Both the position numbers and the translations under genes were made by a program. The notes below the pieces were generated by a model. That model was not told the DNA's origin. It saw nothing but the letters and a program-made list of their open reading frames with translations, and did no database searches. A stretch of DNA of 62,867 nucleotides from Candidatus Uhrbacteria bacterium. GTDB lineage: Bacteria; Patescibacteriota; Patescibacteriia; UBA9934; GWF2-40-263. Location of the stretch: assembly GCA_016844925.1 (NCBI GenBank), contig JAERTI010000041.1, positions 1 through 62,867 of the forward strand, given 5' to 3'. Positions 39,662 to 48,987 of this stretch are shown piece after piece. The number at the start of each line of letters is the position of its first letter. The first letter of the stretch is position 1.

Positions 39662-40288
39662 ATGTCCGACGAAGAGAAGAAGCCAGCTGAAGAGCAGGCA
39701 CCAGAGGCCGCTGCACCTGAGGCAGCTACGGAAGAGACTCCTGCAGCAGAAGCCGCAGAGACACCTGCCGAAGAGCCAGCTAAGGAAGAAGCTCCTGCAG
39801 AGGAAGCTCCAGCCGAAGAGGCTGCACCTGAGGCAGCCGCAGAAGAGACTCCTGCTGAGGAGGCTCCTGAGGCTCCAGCTGAGGAAGCAGCAGCACCAAA
39901 CCCAGCACACGCTTACAAGGAGAAACTTGTTGGCATGACAGACATCAAGCCGGGAATGACGGTTCGTCTCTCAGAGCGCATCAAGGACATCTCTCCTAAG
40001 GGAGAAGAGCGAGAACGAACACAGGTGTTCGAGGGAATCATCCTCGCCATGGGTGGAAAGGGCATTGCCCGCACACTCACGATCCGAAAAGTCTCCAAGG
40101 GATTCGGTGTAGAGAAGATCTACCCAATCAACTCCCCTGTTGTCTCAAAGATCGAGCTGGTCAAGACCGCCAAGGTACGCCGCGCCAAGCTCAACTACCT
40201 CAAGAATCCGAAGCGTCGCTTCAAGCGCAAGCTGAAGGAAACGTTGGTAGCTGTCACAGGTGGAAAGAAAAAGAAGAAACGAAAATAG
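39662..40288 (+). CDS. rplS: 50S ribosomal protein L19 with long acidic N-terminal extension
   Basis: PGMTVR, RTQVFEGI, TIRK-x2-KGFGVEKIYPINSP, KVRRAKLNYL. Confidence 0.93.
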   Translation: MSDEEKKPAEEQAPEAAAPEAATEETPAAEAAETPAEEPAKEEAPAEEAPAEEAAPEAAAEETPAEEAPEAPAEEAAAPNPAHAYKEKLVGMTDIKPGMTVRLSERIKDISPKGEERERTQVFEGIILAMGGKGIARTLTIRKVSKGFGVEKIYPINSPVVSKIELVKTAKVRRAKLNYLKNPKRRFKRKLKETLVAVTGGKKKKKRK

Positions 40289-40292
40289 TTAC

Positions 40293-40319
40293 AAACACGA
40301 CCCTCATGGGGTCGTGTTT
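40293..40319 (+). terminator. Intrinsic terminator after rplS
   Basis: AAACACGACCC-tcatg-GGGTCGTGTTT. Confidence 0.8.
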
Positions 40320-40420
40320 TGATTCACCAAACAAAACACCCCGGGCGGCGAACTCCTGTCTGCGGCTCAAGCCACGACGGAATGTTTTGCCGCACGAGGT
40401 TCGTGCGTAGGTGACGAAGG

Positions 40421-40729
40421 CTACCAACCGTCGTCGCTAGCCAAGTCGAACGGAACGGGCTTCTCCAGAAAACCGCAGACCTGACATTTGCGAAGCTTCA
40501 CTTCAGCCCCAGACTTCTTGAACCCACAGCTATACGTGAGCTCGGTGTACTCGATCACGGGAACCATGCGCTCACCACAGTGCCAATGAAGCAAGTGGAA
40601 ACGTCCTCCAAACCACGTCTGAGACCCTCGAATGAGGCCAAAGACGCGCTCAGTCATCGAACACTTGTGACGAAAGCATCCGTGATGCGGACACGAACCC
40701 GGAAGGCACGTGTCAGGATTGTGCGCCAT
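40421..40729 (-). CDS. Small Cys/His-rich hypothetical protein (putative Zn-binding)
   Basis: MAHNPDTCLPGSCPHHGCFRHKC...HCGE...CQVCG; AAGGAG SD upstream of ATG 40729. Confidence 0.6.
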   Translation of the reverse strand: MAHNPDTCLPGSCPHHGCFRHKCSMTERVFGLIRGSQTWFGGRFHLLHWHCGERMVPVIEYTELTYSCGFKKSGAEVKLRKCQVCGFLEKPVPFDLASDDGW

Positions 40730-40868
40730 GTTCTCTCCTTTTACATGGACTGAGGAATCTACCCTCATTTCATGACTCCGTCAACCCATCACCCAAAAAG
40801 AAACACCCCGCCGACAGCAGGACTACCAGCGTGGCGTCTCTTGCTGACCGCGGGGGTCGTAGCGTTGT

Positions 40869-41297
40869 CTACTCGTCGTTCTCCCAGTCCGGGTACTCGG
40901 CCCCGACCAGGAAGAACATCACGATGATTTCGGTGTCCGTGGTACGCTCGGTCTTGATCCGGACGTGCTTCGCCCAGGCCTCTCCGAGCTGCATGAACAA
41001 CTCCTCGAGCTTCTCGAAGTCCTCGATCCCGGAACAGGAGTCAGTCCCTCTCCAGAACTTGAGGATCCAGGGATGCCCCTTCGCCGAAGCACTGACGATG
41101 TTCTTGATCAGCTTGGGCAATGCCCAGTAGCCGTCGAGTTCGTCCTGCCTGTACCAGCACTGAGACTGCGCCCAGTCCTGGAGGTCACCAGGGATGTCCT
41201 CGGCGAGACTCTCAGCGGCATCGAGCCACACTTTCTCAGCCTCTGCACGCAGACGCTCACGCTCCAGATGAGCTTCCATCACAGAAAGCACTGCCAT
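40869..41297 (-). CDS. Hypothetical protein (GC-rich orphan)
   Basis: GGAGG SD before ATG 41297; strong C/G third-position bias; upstream track extension crosses a terminator hairpin (~41328-41361). Confidence 0.65.
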   Translation of the reverse strand: MAVLSVMEAHLERERLRAEAEKVWLDAAESLAEDIPGDLQDWAQSQCWYRQDELDGYWALPKLIKNIVSASAKGHPWILKFWRGTDSCSGIEDFEKLEELFMQLGEAWAKHVRIKTERTTDTEIIVMFFLVGAEYPDWENDE

Positions 41298-41390
41298 CTC
41301 ACCCTCCAATTGCATCCAACATGGATCCTTGAAACCCTGCATCGAAGCGCAGGGTTTCAAAATTCCTGTTTGATTCTTTGTAATAACTAT

Positions 41391-43124
41391 CTAGATACTT
41401 CGCACATCGTCTCCGTCTTCAACATTGTCTCCCGTGGCGTACTGCCAGAGGTAAGTATCGTTGACCTCGATGATGTCCTGGTTCCAGTCATCTCCGTAGA
41501 GCTCGTCAGCGACGGTCTCAGAGGTGATCCAGTGCAACTTGTAGTCGCTACCGATCACGTAGACACGTGCATTGCTGACGGCCTTCACGCGTGTTCCTGG
41601 AGCGAACTTCAGGTCTCCCATCTGCTCGTATCCATCAAGGTACACGTCGATGGTCGATTCACTCACGCGGAGCACATCGTTCCAAGAGTCGAACCATGAG
41701 AAGTAAACCTGCTCATTTGGAATGGTCCACATCTGCCTGTCAGAGACAAGGTAAACGATAGAACCATCGTATGAAGCAAAGGCCTCAACCTCAGGTCGCT
41801 CAAGATCGATCAGTGGTGAGAATGTCACCTGGTAGACGTTTCCGTCAGCTCCCTGCCAGTACGCATGCTCACGATCCGTCAAAGACGGAGCGGCACCGTA
41901 CCCGATGTTCATCAGGTAGCCATTGGTCAGGTTCTCGTACCAAACGTCACCGTTTGCATCGATACCTACGCGGATGTCCTCATACGCATCGGTTACATGG
42001 TAGGCACGTGTCTCCCACGCACCGCTATCAAACTCATAACAAAGGTAGTCACCGTCGATATTCTGGAAGTAGATAGCGCTATCTGTAAGGGTGAACTCGC
42101 CGTTAAGAGCGACACCAAACTTACTCGCATTACCATCTTGAGAAACGTACAAACCATTTTCGTCGTCTACCCAAGCGCTGTAGTCTCCTTCAACCTGTAC
42201 GTTCTCTGCTGGATCAACATACCAACTAAGGTACGCTCCACCAGCTTCTACAGGAGTCTCATCGACACCCTGTGTGTAAGAGAACTGACGATAGTTGCGG
42301 AAGAACTCAACGGTTCCATCACTCATGAAGTGAGGGGCAACAATCTCTGCACCCGGATCAGTCCAGGTATCAGGAATGGCCTCCATGGTTCGGTCAGTCT
42401 GATTGATAAGCCAGAGCTGTTCATAGCCACCCTCGAACTGGAATCGCACCAAGGCAACTCCGTCCTGAACGTCTACAATCTCCTGCCATGGGGCAGTGAG
42501 CAAGTAACTAAAGTCGTCACGCTCAAATCCGGAAGTGTAGTCAACCACGTTCAAGTGAGACTCAATATCTCCACTATCTTCATCCATGGTTCCGTCGCCC
42601 TCCTCCTCAGAAATAGTCGTATAAAAGATACGGTCTCCTTCGGTGGCAAAGCTCACGAAATCCAGGTCAGTATCCTGACGGACAATCTCTACAAGTTCGT
42701 TCAAAGAACCTGTCTCAGGATCATACTCATAGATCATTCCCCAACTATCCTCATCCTCAGATGGGACACGGAAAATGAATCGATCATCCTGAGCGGTCTG
42801 CCAGAACGTGTCGGTGACAGAATCATCAACACCTTCAATAGTCATAGACTCACCGTTCTTCAAAATGGTGAGGTCGACCAAGTCACACAAATCGGCATAC
42901 TCACAAAGCTCAGATGTCTGAGTAAGGAATACCGTATCGGCAAACTGGTCTGGACCAGAAATATCGTCGTCGAGGTCAAGACGCTCAACGCCGAAGTAAT
43001 CATAGTCCCATGCAGCGGTGGCCAAGTTGGTGGAGAAGCTTCCGGAATCGGCAAACAAGCTCGGTACCAGAGGGCTTACACCCACAGCGATGGCGAACGC
43101 GGCGATAAGTGATTTCTTAAGCAT
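41391..43124 (-). CDS. Secreted acidic protein, beta-propeller-like core with two C-terminal CPR-type repeats
   Basis: Signal peptide; repeats GSIVYLV...TIPNEQVYFSWFDSW and GTRVK...VYVI...WITSETVADELYGDDW. Confidence 0.8.
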   Translation of the reverse strand: MLKKSLIAAFAIAVGVSPLVPSLFADSGSFSTNLATAAWDYDYFGVERLDLDDDISGPDQFADTVFLTQTSELCEYADLCDLVDLTILKNGESMTIEGVDDSVTDTFWQTAQDDRFIFRVPSEDEDSWGMIYEYDPETGSLNELVEIVRQDTDLDFVSFATEGDRIFYTTISEEEGDGTMDEDSGDIESHLNVVDYTSGFERDDFSYLLTAPWQEIVDVQDGVALVRFQFEGGYEQLWLINQTDRTMEAIPDTWTDPGAEIVAPHFMSDGTVEFFRNYRQFSYTQGVDETPVEAGGAYLSWYVDPAENVQVEGDYSAWVDDENGLYVSQDGNASKFGVALNGEFTLTDSAIYFQNIDGDYLCYEFDSGAWETRAYHVTDAYEDIRVGIDANGDVWYENLTNGYLMNIGYGAAPSLTDREHAYWQGADGNVYQVTFSPLIDLERPEVEAFASYDGSIVYLVSDRQMWTIPNEQVYFSWFDSWNDVLRVSESTIDVYLDGYEQMGDLKFAPGTRVKAVSNARVYVIGSDYKLHWITSETVADELYGDDWNQDIIEVNDTYLWQYATGDNVEDGDDVRSI

Positions 43125-43203
43125 AGATTTTTCTTGCCTGAGCCTCTGACGAACCCCAGGGAGTGTTAATGCGGTTAAAGTTGTTTCGCTAAGTTAACGG
43201 CCA

Positions 43204-43232
43204 AAGATACCAGAAAATGACGGTTTTGTCAA
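43204..43232 (-). promoter_or_regulatory. Sigma70-type promoter for the 41391-43124 gene
   Basis: TTGACA-17 nt-TATCTT with TG extension. Confidence 0.65.
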
Positions 43233-43305
43233 TCCCTTAGGGGGGATTCTGCACTAAATTTAGGCAAATAGAAAAGCCCCAGCATGTCGCAAGGGCTTTC
43301 CTTAC

Positions 43306-46140
43306 CTACTTCTTCAATGCATCTTTCAAATACTTCCCTGTAATACTCTCTTTCACCTTTACCACATCCTTTGGCGTCCCTTGAGCCACAACCGTCCCCC
43401 CTTTAATTCCTCCCTCAGGGCCCATATCAATAATCCAGTCCGCTCCTTTAATCACATCCAGGTTGTGCTCAATAATGACGACCGTATTCCCTTTGTCGAC
43501 GAGCTGGTGCAAGACACCCAGGAGCCGTTTGATGTCCTCAAAGTGCAATCCTGTCGTTGGCTCGTCGAGCACGTAGAGTGTTCGACCTGTAGCACGACGC
43601 GAGAGCTCTGTTGCGAGCTTCACACGCTGCGCCTCACCACCAGAGAGCGTGGTTGCCGGCTGCCCGAGTCGGATATACCCCAGTCCCACCTCGTGCAAGA
43701 TGTTCAACTTATCAAAAATGTTTGACTTGTCTGCGAAGAATCGACGCGCTTCCTCCACAGTCATGTTAAGCACGTCGGCGATGTTCTTCTGTTTGTAATG
43801 AATCTCTAGGGACTCATGGTTGTAGCGTGTCCCGCGACACTCAGAACACTCCACGTACACATCCGGCAAGAACTGCATCTCAATGCGACGCATTCCATCA
43901 CCAGAACATACTTCACAGCGCCCACCACCTTTCACGTTAAAGGAAAACTTTCCTGCATCAAACTTTCGCATCACTGCCTCAGGCACTTCTGTGTAGAGAT
44001 CACGAATTGCGGTGAACACTCCTGTGTAAGTCGCTGGGTTGGACCGCGGTGTACGTCCAATTGGCGATTGGTCTACAGCGACGATCTTGTCGATGTGTTC
44101 AATTCCCTTTATCGCCTTGTGGGCACCAGGATAGGTCTTTGCACGATAGAACTTCTTGGAGAGCGACTTGGAAAGAATATCGAGGATCAAGGTGGATTTT
44201 CCTGAGCCTGAAACACCTGTCACACACACCAACTTCCCAAGAGGAATGTCAACATCAACATCTTTTAAGTTAAACGCGCTTGCCCCCTGAATAGAGAGCG
44301 ACTTCCCACTTCCCTTGCGATACTTCTTTGGCAGAGGGATCGATTTCTTCCCTGAGAGATACTGTCCTGTAAGAGAGTCTGATTTTTTCTTGATCTGTGC
44401 AGCTGTTCCTTCTGCTACGACTTGCCCACCATACTCACCCGCTCCTGGACCGATATCAAATACGTAGTCAGCCGCCTCAATCATGGCCTCATCGTGCTCA
44501 ACAACAATGACGGAGTTTCCAAATTCCTTCAGATTCCGAATCGTTTCAATAAGACGGTCGTTATCACGTGGATGCAATCCAATAGATGGCTCATCAAGAA
44601 TGTAAATCACACCAGAGAGCTGAGACCCAAGCTGTGTTGCAAGACGAACGCGCTGAGACTCTCCACCTGAGAGCGTCATGGCACTACGATCAAGCGTAAG
44701 GTACCCGAGCCCCACCTGCGTGAGCTGCTTGAGGCGTGCGCGTACTTCTTTTGCCACACGCTCAACGACAAGTTTCTCGTCGTCACTTAATCCATCAAAT
44801 AATTTCCCGGTGAGCTCTTCGAAAAATACAGCCACATCCTCAACAGGCATGTTCACCACGTCAGCAATCGACTTGTCAGCAATCGTAATCGCAAGCACAG
44901 ACGGCTGCAGACGCTGCGCATCACAACCAGGACAGCGCATACGTCGCATGTAACTCTCTAGCTCACTGCGCACGTACTCGGAATCTGTCTCACGATACTT
45001 CTGCTCAAGCTGCGCCAAAATTCCAGGGAACGTAATCTTTGATCCTTTATAGGTGTACTCATCATCCCCTGTTCCGTAGAGGACAAGATCCATCTTCGCT
45101 TTTGCCACAGAGGACACGGGCTTACTCATGGTGATGCGATGCTTTTTTGCCACCAGCTTCAAAATATCCATGTAACTCGTCTGGTTCCCAGCAATACGTG
45201 TCCATGGTCGCACGGCCCCTTCAGCAAACGTCAGGCGCTTGTTCGGAATAATAAGATCTGCCTCCAGTACCAACTTCTCACCAAGCCCCGTGCATTCTCG
45301 ACACGCTCCATAGGGAGAGTTAAACGAAAACAATCGTGGCTCTGGTTTTGGAAGGTTGATTCCACAAGGGGCACACATGTAGCTCTGTGAAAGCGTCGTC
45401 TCATCACCAGTCTCGTCATTCAATAGTGTGACGAATCCATTCCCGTAGTCGAGTGCTTTCTTGAGCTGCTGCTCGATGTGCTCCTTTGAATAGGACTGCT
45501 CGCTCTCAAAACGGAAGATCACGACATCGATGTCATGAGGCTTTTTCTTGTCACGACGCAAGGTGAGCGCCTCCTCTGTCTCCATAAGAAGTCCATCGAC
45601 ACGCACCTGTGTAAAGCCAGCTGTCAGTGCCGCCTGGAGAGCTTGTTTGTGCTCCCCCTTGAGCTGCTGCACGACAGGTGCCAACAAAAGAATCGGATCC
45701 TCTCCGAGTGTTTCTTCAACGCGAACAATCAACTGTGGCATGGTCTGCTCTCCCACAAGTTGAGAACACTCGGGACAGTGCGGACGACCAGCGCGCGCAA
45801 AGAGCACACGTAGGAAATCATAAATCTCCGTCACGGTACCCACAGTTGAACGCGGGTTGTGTGACGAAGATTTTTGGTCGATCGCAATCGTTGGGGATAG
45901 CCCCAAAATTTCATCGACGTCTGGTTTGTCTTGTAGTTCCAAAAATTGACGCGCGTAACTGGAGAGAGACTCCATGTAACGCCGCTGCCCCTCTGCGTAG
46001 ACTGTGTCAAAAGCGAGAGAAGATTTCCCTGAACCGGACAATCCCGTCACCACGACGAGTTTGTTCTTGGGGATGTCCACATTGATATTCTTCAAGTTGT
46101 GCACGCGAGCCCCCCGGACAGAAATCTTATCTGATGACAT
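43306..46140 (-). CDS. uvrA: Excinuclease ABC subunit A
   Basis: [18 protein letters not shown], Zn fingers, [25 protein letters not shown]. Confidence 0.97.
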   Translation of the reverse strand: MSSDKISVRGARVHNLKNINVDIPKNKLVVVTGLSGSGKSSLAFDTVYAEGQRRYMESLSSYARQFLELQDKPDVDEILGLSPTIAIDQKSSSHNPRSTVGTVTEIYDFLRVLFARAGRPHCPECSQLVGEQTMPQLIVRVEETLGEDPILLLAPVVQQLKGEHKQALQAALTAGFTQVRVDGLLMETEEALTLRRDKKKPHDIDVVIFRFESEQSYSKEHIEQQLKKALDYGNGFVTLLNDETGDETTLSQSYMCAPCGINLPKPEPRLFSFNSPYGACRECTGLGEKLVLEADLIIPNKRLTFAEGAVRPWTRIAGNQTSYMDILKLVAKKHRITMSKPVSSVAKAKMDLVLYGTGDDEYTYKGSKITFPGILAQLEQKYRETDSEYVRSELESYMRRMRCPGCDAQRLQPSVLAITIADKSIADVVNMPVEDVAVFFEELTGKLFDGLSDDEKLVVERVAKEVRARLKQLTQVGLGYLTLDRSAMTLSGGESQRVRLATQLGSQLSGVIYILDEPSIGLHPRDNDRLIETIRNLKEFGNSVIVVEHDEAMIEAADYVFDIGPGAGEYGGQVVAEGTAAQIKKKSDSLTGQYLSGKKSIPLPKKYRKGSGKSLSIQGASAFNLKDVDVDIPLGKLVCVTGVSGSGKSTLILDILSKSLSKKFYRAKTYPGAHKAIKGIEHIDKIVAVDQSPIGRTPRSNPATYTGVFTAIRDLYTEVPEAVMRKFDAGKFSFNVKGGGRCEVCSGDGMRRIEMQFLPDVYVECSECRGTRYNHESLEIHYKQKNIADVLNMTVEEARRFFADKSNIFDKLNILHEVGLGYIRLGQPATTLSGGEAQRVKLATELSRRATGRTLYVLDEPTTGLHFEDIKRLLGVLHQLVDKGNTVVIIEHNLDVIKGADWIIDMGPEGGIKGGTVVAQGTPKDVVKVKESITGKYLKDALKK

Positions 46141-46298
46141 AGGCTGATTCTAGAAATCACATGTAAATTGAAACGTCTGAGGCACTTCTTTTTTGAAGTG
46201 ATTTGCTCACCCCTTTTAGAAATACCAAGCGCCGGCAAGGCTATCACAAAATAAAACACAGGGCAAGAGATGAGCCCTGTGTTTTTCTTTCTACGAGA

Positions 46299-47813
46299 CT
46301 AGTCGAAGATGGTGTAGTACCACTTACTTGTATCTGGTGTGGTGTTGCAATTGTAATCTGCTGTACCAAGTGCCGCCACTGTATCGGAAATTGCCGTGAA
46401 GCTAAACGACCCTAGATAACACGCTTTTTCACCATCCGTCCGATTCCATGCACAGATGTCATTGAGAGAACCTCCCCCTCCACAAAAACTTCCCATCGTG
46501 ATTTCCCCCAAGTTATCGTAGAGCGTCTTTCCCGCACCGGAATCTGTCCCTGGCAATCCTGAGTTCTTCCCAAGATCAATCGAATCCAATGTCACCTGCT
46601 TTCTACTATCTCCTTCCCAAGTAAAGACAGGCCGTGATTCATAGTCAGAGCATGTTGTCACTTCAGAACAACTCACCACCACTCGAGCACAAGCAGGTCT
46701 TGATGGAACCTCTCCACCACCATCAGGGTCGAATGTATAAAAGCACTGCTCTAATTTTTTTGTAATTTGCTCGGTCCACTCAATCGTCTTCCCTGCATTA
46801 GGTCCACTCGTCGGCTTGAACGAGGCCGTGTGATCACCTACATCTGTCTCGTATCTTGGAAGTGAGTTGAACGCCGAACAAAGAGACGGTGAAGGCGTCA
46901 CAACACCATTGTCGTAAGCCAACTCTTCGCAGGCCATACACTGCGGCTCATCACCGGGGATACACATCTCGCGATCGTTTGCACAGTGTGAAAAATTACA
47001 AACCGTTCCATCTGGCACAGCCCCTCCTCCAGGATCCTCCGTAACGGTTCCGACAGTTCCACATTCCTCCGGGCCAGAAAAGTCGACTTTATATCCCTCC
47101 TCTATCAAATCATCGCACGAAGCACTATCAACAAGCGTTACCGTTTTAATCATTGGGAGCCGCGGCACTTGAAGGCTCACCAGATCTGGATTCACGGTAA
47201 ACAAAATGAGATACGTTGAAAGCAAGAGTACAAGCCCAACGACCGCATTACGAATCATGGTCTTTGCCTTACTGATCTGATCTGAACCTGCCCCTAGAAC
47301 ATAACGGAATCCCGCAATCATGAGCATGACAATGGCAATCACCGTTGCCGAACCCACAAGCCAGGTATACATCTTCCCGATGTACTCCCCAAAATCAATC
47401 GAGGTCGTATAACTTCCAATGTCAACTTGCAACTCGACCTTCTGTTTATTCGTGGGGTCTGGATAGCAGTAGTGATACCCGGACGTACATTCACCCGGCT
47501 GATACTCCTCATCCCACTCGCCGTTTACTTCCGCACACTGATCAACGGTAAAACAAAACGGCGTGCGCGATGGGTGGTCATTGGCCCCACAGGCAAACGC
47601 CGCAACACTCTGTCCTATCTCGGAGCACGATTCATGACATTCATTAGAAGTAACCTTATCTTCCGTTGGTTTTTTTGCCCCAGCAAGACTCGTACAATAA
47701 CAATCACACACCTCCCCCACGGCTGCCTCAGCCACGCTGAATGGAAGAGCAACACCAGCAACAATAAATAAGAGGAGAAAGCCGGCAGCGAATTTTTTTA
47801 AGACCGTCACCAT
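46299..47813 (-). CDS. Cys-rich secreted protein with TrbC/VirB2-like (CPR) pilin core
   Basis: EYIGKMYTWLVGSATVIAIVMLMIAGFRYV-x-GAG...KAK-x2-I-x-NAVVGLVLLLSTYLILFTVNPDL, flanked by domains with more than 20 Cys. Confidence 0.8.
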   Translation of the reverse strand: MVTVLKKFAAGFLLLFIVAGVALPFSVAEAAVGEVCDCYCTSLAGAKKPTEDKVTSNECHESCSEIGQSVAAFACGANDHPSRTPFCFTVDQCAEVNGEWDEEYQPGECTSGYHYCYPDPTNKQKVELQVDIGSYTTSIDFGEYIGKMYTWLVGSATVIAIVMLMIAGFRYVLGAGSDQISKAKTMIRNAVVGLVLLLSTYLILFTVNPDLVSLQVPRLPMIKTVTLVDSASCDDLIEEGYKVDFSGPEECGTVGTVTEDPGGGAVPDGTVCNFSHCANDREMCIPGDEPQCMACEELAYDNGVVTPSPSLCSAFNSLPRYETDVGDHTASFKPTSGPNAGKTIEWTEQITKKLEQCFYTFDPDGGGEVPSRPACARVVVSCSEVTTCSDYESRPVFTWEGDSRKQVTLDSIDLGKNSGLPGTDSGAGKTLYDNLGEITMGSFCGGGGSLNDICAWNRTDGEKACYLGSFSFTAISDTVAALGTADYNCNTTPDTSKWYYTIFD

Positions 47814-47815
47814 AT

Positions 47816-48556
47816 CTACTGTGCCGCAAGGATCGATTCAACAAGTGCCTCCATAATCTCTGCCGGCACAGAGCCCGCCACACGATTACCATTAAAGAAG
47901 AACGTTGGTGTTCCACGAACAGACGCTTCAAGTCCCGCAGCATAATCCTCAAGAACCTCATCTGTGTGTCGTCCAGAATCCAAACAGCTTTCAAACTGAT
48001 CAACATTCATATTGAGCTGCTGGGCAAACTGCACAAACGAATCCTCATCTAGACTCAACTGATTCTGATAAATCTTATCGTGAAACTCCCAAAATCGACC
48101 TTGATCATCTGCACACTCCCCGGCCTCAGACGCCATCTGCGCAATTGGGTGAATTTCTGTGAGAGGGAAATCTCGATACACGTAGTACACCTCATCGGGA
48201 TACTTCGCTGCGAGCTCTCGCATGACAAAGCTCACCTCTTTTGAATACGGACAGCCAAAATCTGCAAACTCCACAATGGTCACTGGAGCGTTTGGACTTC
48301 CGATGGAAGGATCATCTGTTGTCACAACATCGAAGACCCCATCGGCAATAGGTGCTGATGCAAGAGCCGTGGATGTCGTGAAGCTCTGAGCAAAGTCATA
48401 ATCCGAAACCGAAATCTCTCCAGAACGAATCAATTGCACGTAATGCAATACACGCCAAACAAACATGCTCAGCAGTATCAAAACAATCACTGTGACAATT
48501 GTGGCAATCCAGCTTCTTCGGCGATTGATATGCACGTCCGATTCAATGGCCTCCAT
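47816..48556 (-). CDS. Membrane-anchored DsbA-family thioredoxin-fold protein
   Basis: N-terminal TM, GSPNAPVTIVEFADFGCPYS, RDFPL, GTPTFF. Confidence 0.88.
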   Translation of the reverse strand: MEAIESDVHINRRRSWIATIVTVIVLILLSMFVWRVLHYVQLIRSGEISVSDYDFAQSFTTSTALASAPIADGVFDVVTTDDPSIGSPNAPVTIVEFADFGCPYSKEVSFVMRELAAKYPDEVYYVYRDFPLTEIHPIAQMASEAGECADDQGRFWEFHDKIYQNQLSLDEDSFVQFAQQLNMNVDQFESCLDSGRHTDEVLEDYAAGLEASVRGTPTFFFNGNRVAGSVPAEIMEALVESILAAQ

Positions 48557-48588
48557 ATGGGAAAAAGTATATCATATGGGGTAGATGT

Positions 48589-48711
48589 ATGGAGGACTCA
48601 CGCGAAGCTAAACAAGAACAAAAACGTGCGGCACGGCGGACCAAAAAACGGACGCCAAAGATGAAAATGTCCGGGAAGGGCATGAAGCGCACACCTAAGC
48701 GTAAGGATTGA
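48589..48711 (+). CDS. Candidate small basic protein (40 aa, 17 K/R)
   Basis: Hand-translated: MEDSREAKQEQKRAARRTKKRTPKMKMSGKGMKRTPKRKD; fills the dsbA-secG gap. Confidence 0.45.
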   Translation: MEDSREAKQEQKRAARRTKKRTPKMKMSGKGMKRTPKRKD

Positions 48712-48762
48712 CGTAAAGCGCCCGATTTGGTAGCCTTCCGGGCGTTGAATCAAGCGACTCTT

Positions 48763-48984
48763 ATGAATGTAGATCTCGTTTTAAACATTGCTCAAATGGT
48801 ACTTGCAGTGCTGCTGGTTGCAGCCATTCTATTGCAAGCAAGCGGTACAGGTCTTGGCGCTGCCTTCGGGGGCGGCGGCAACGTCTACCGCACTAAGCGC
48901 GGCGCAGAGAAGAAACTCTTTCAGCTTACGGTCGTCTTCGCCATTTTATTTTTTGGTGTCGCGCTCGCAAATGCTCTGATCTAA
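48763..48984 (+). CDS. secG: Preprotein translocase subunit SecG
   Basis: ILLQASGTGLGAAFGGGG...TKRGAEKKLFQLT; TTGACG-17 nt-TAGCCT promoter upstream. Confidence 0.92.
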   Translation: MNVDLVLNIAQMVLAVLLVAAILLQASGTGLGAAFGGGGNVYRTKRGAEKKLFQLTVVFAILFFGVALANALI

Positions 48985-48987
48985 TTT

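Noticed and set aside
41865-43112. 415-aa plus-strand ORF opposite the secreted protein
   Set aside because: Shadow ORF from codon bias; no motifs, and the minus-strand gene has a signal peptide and promoter.
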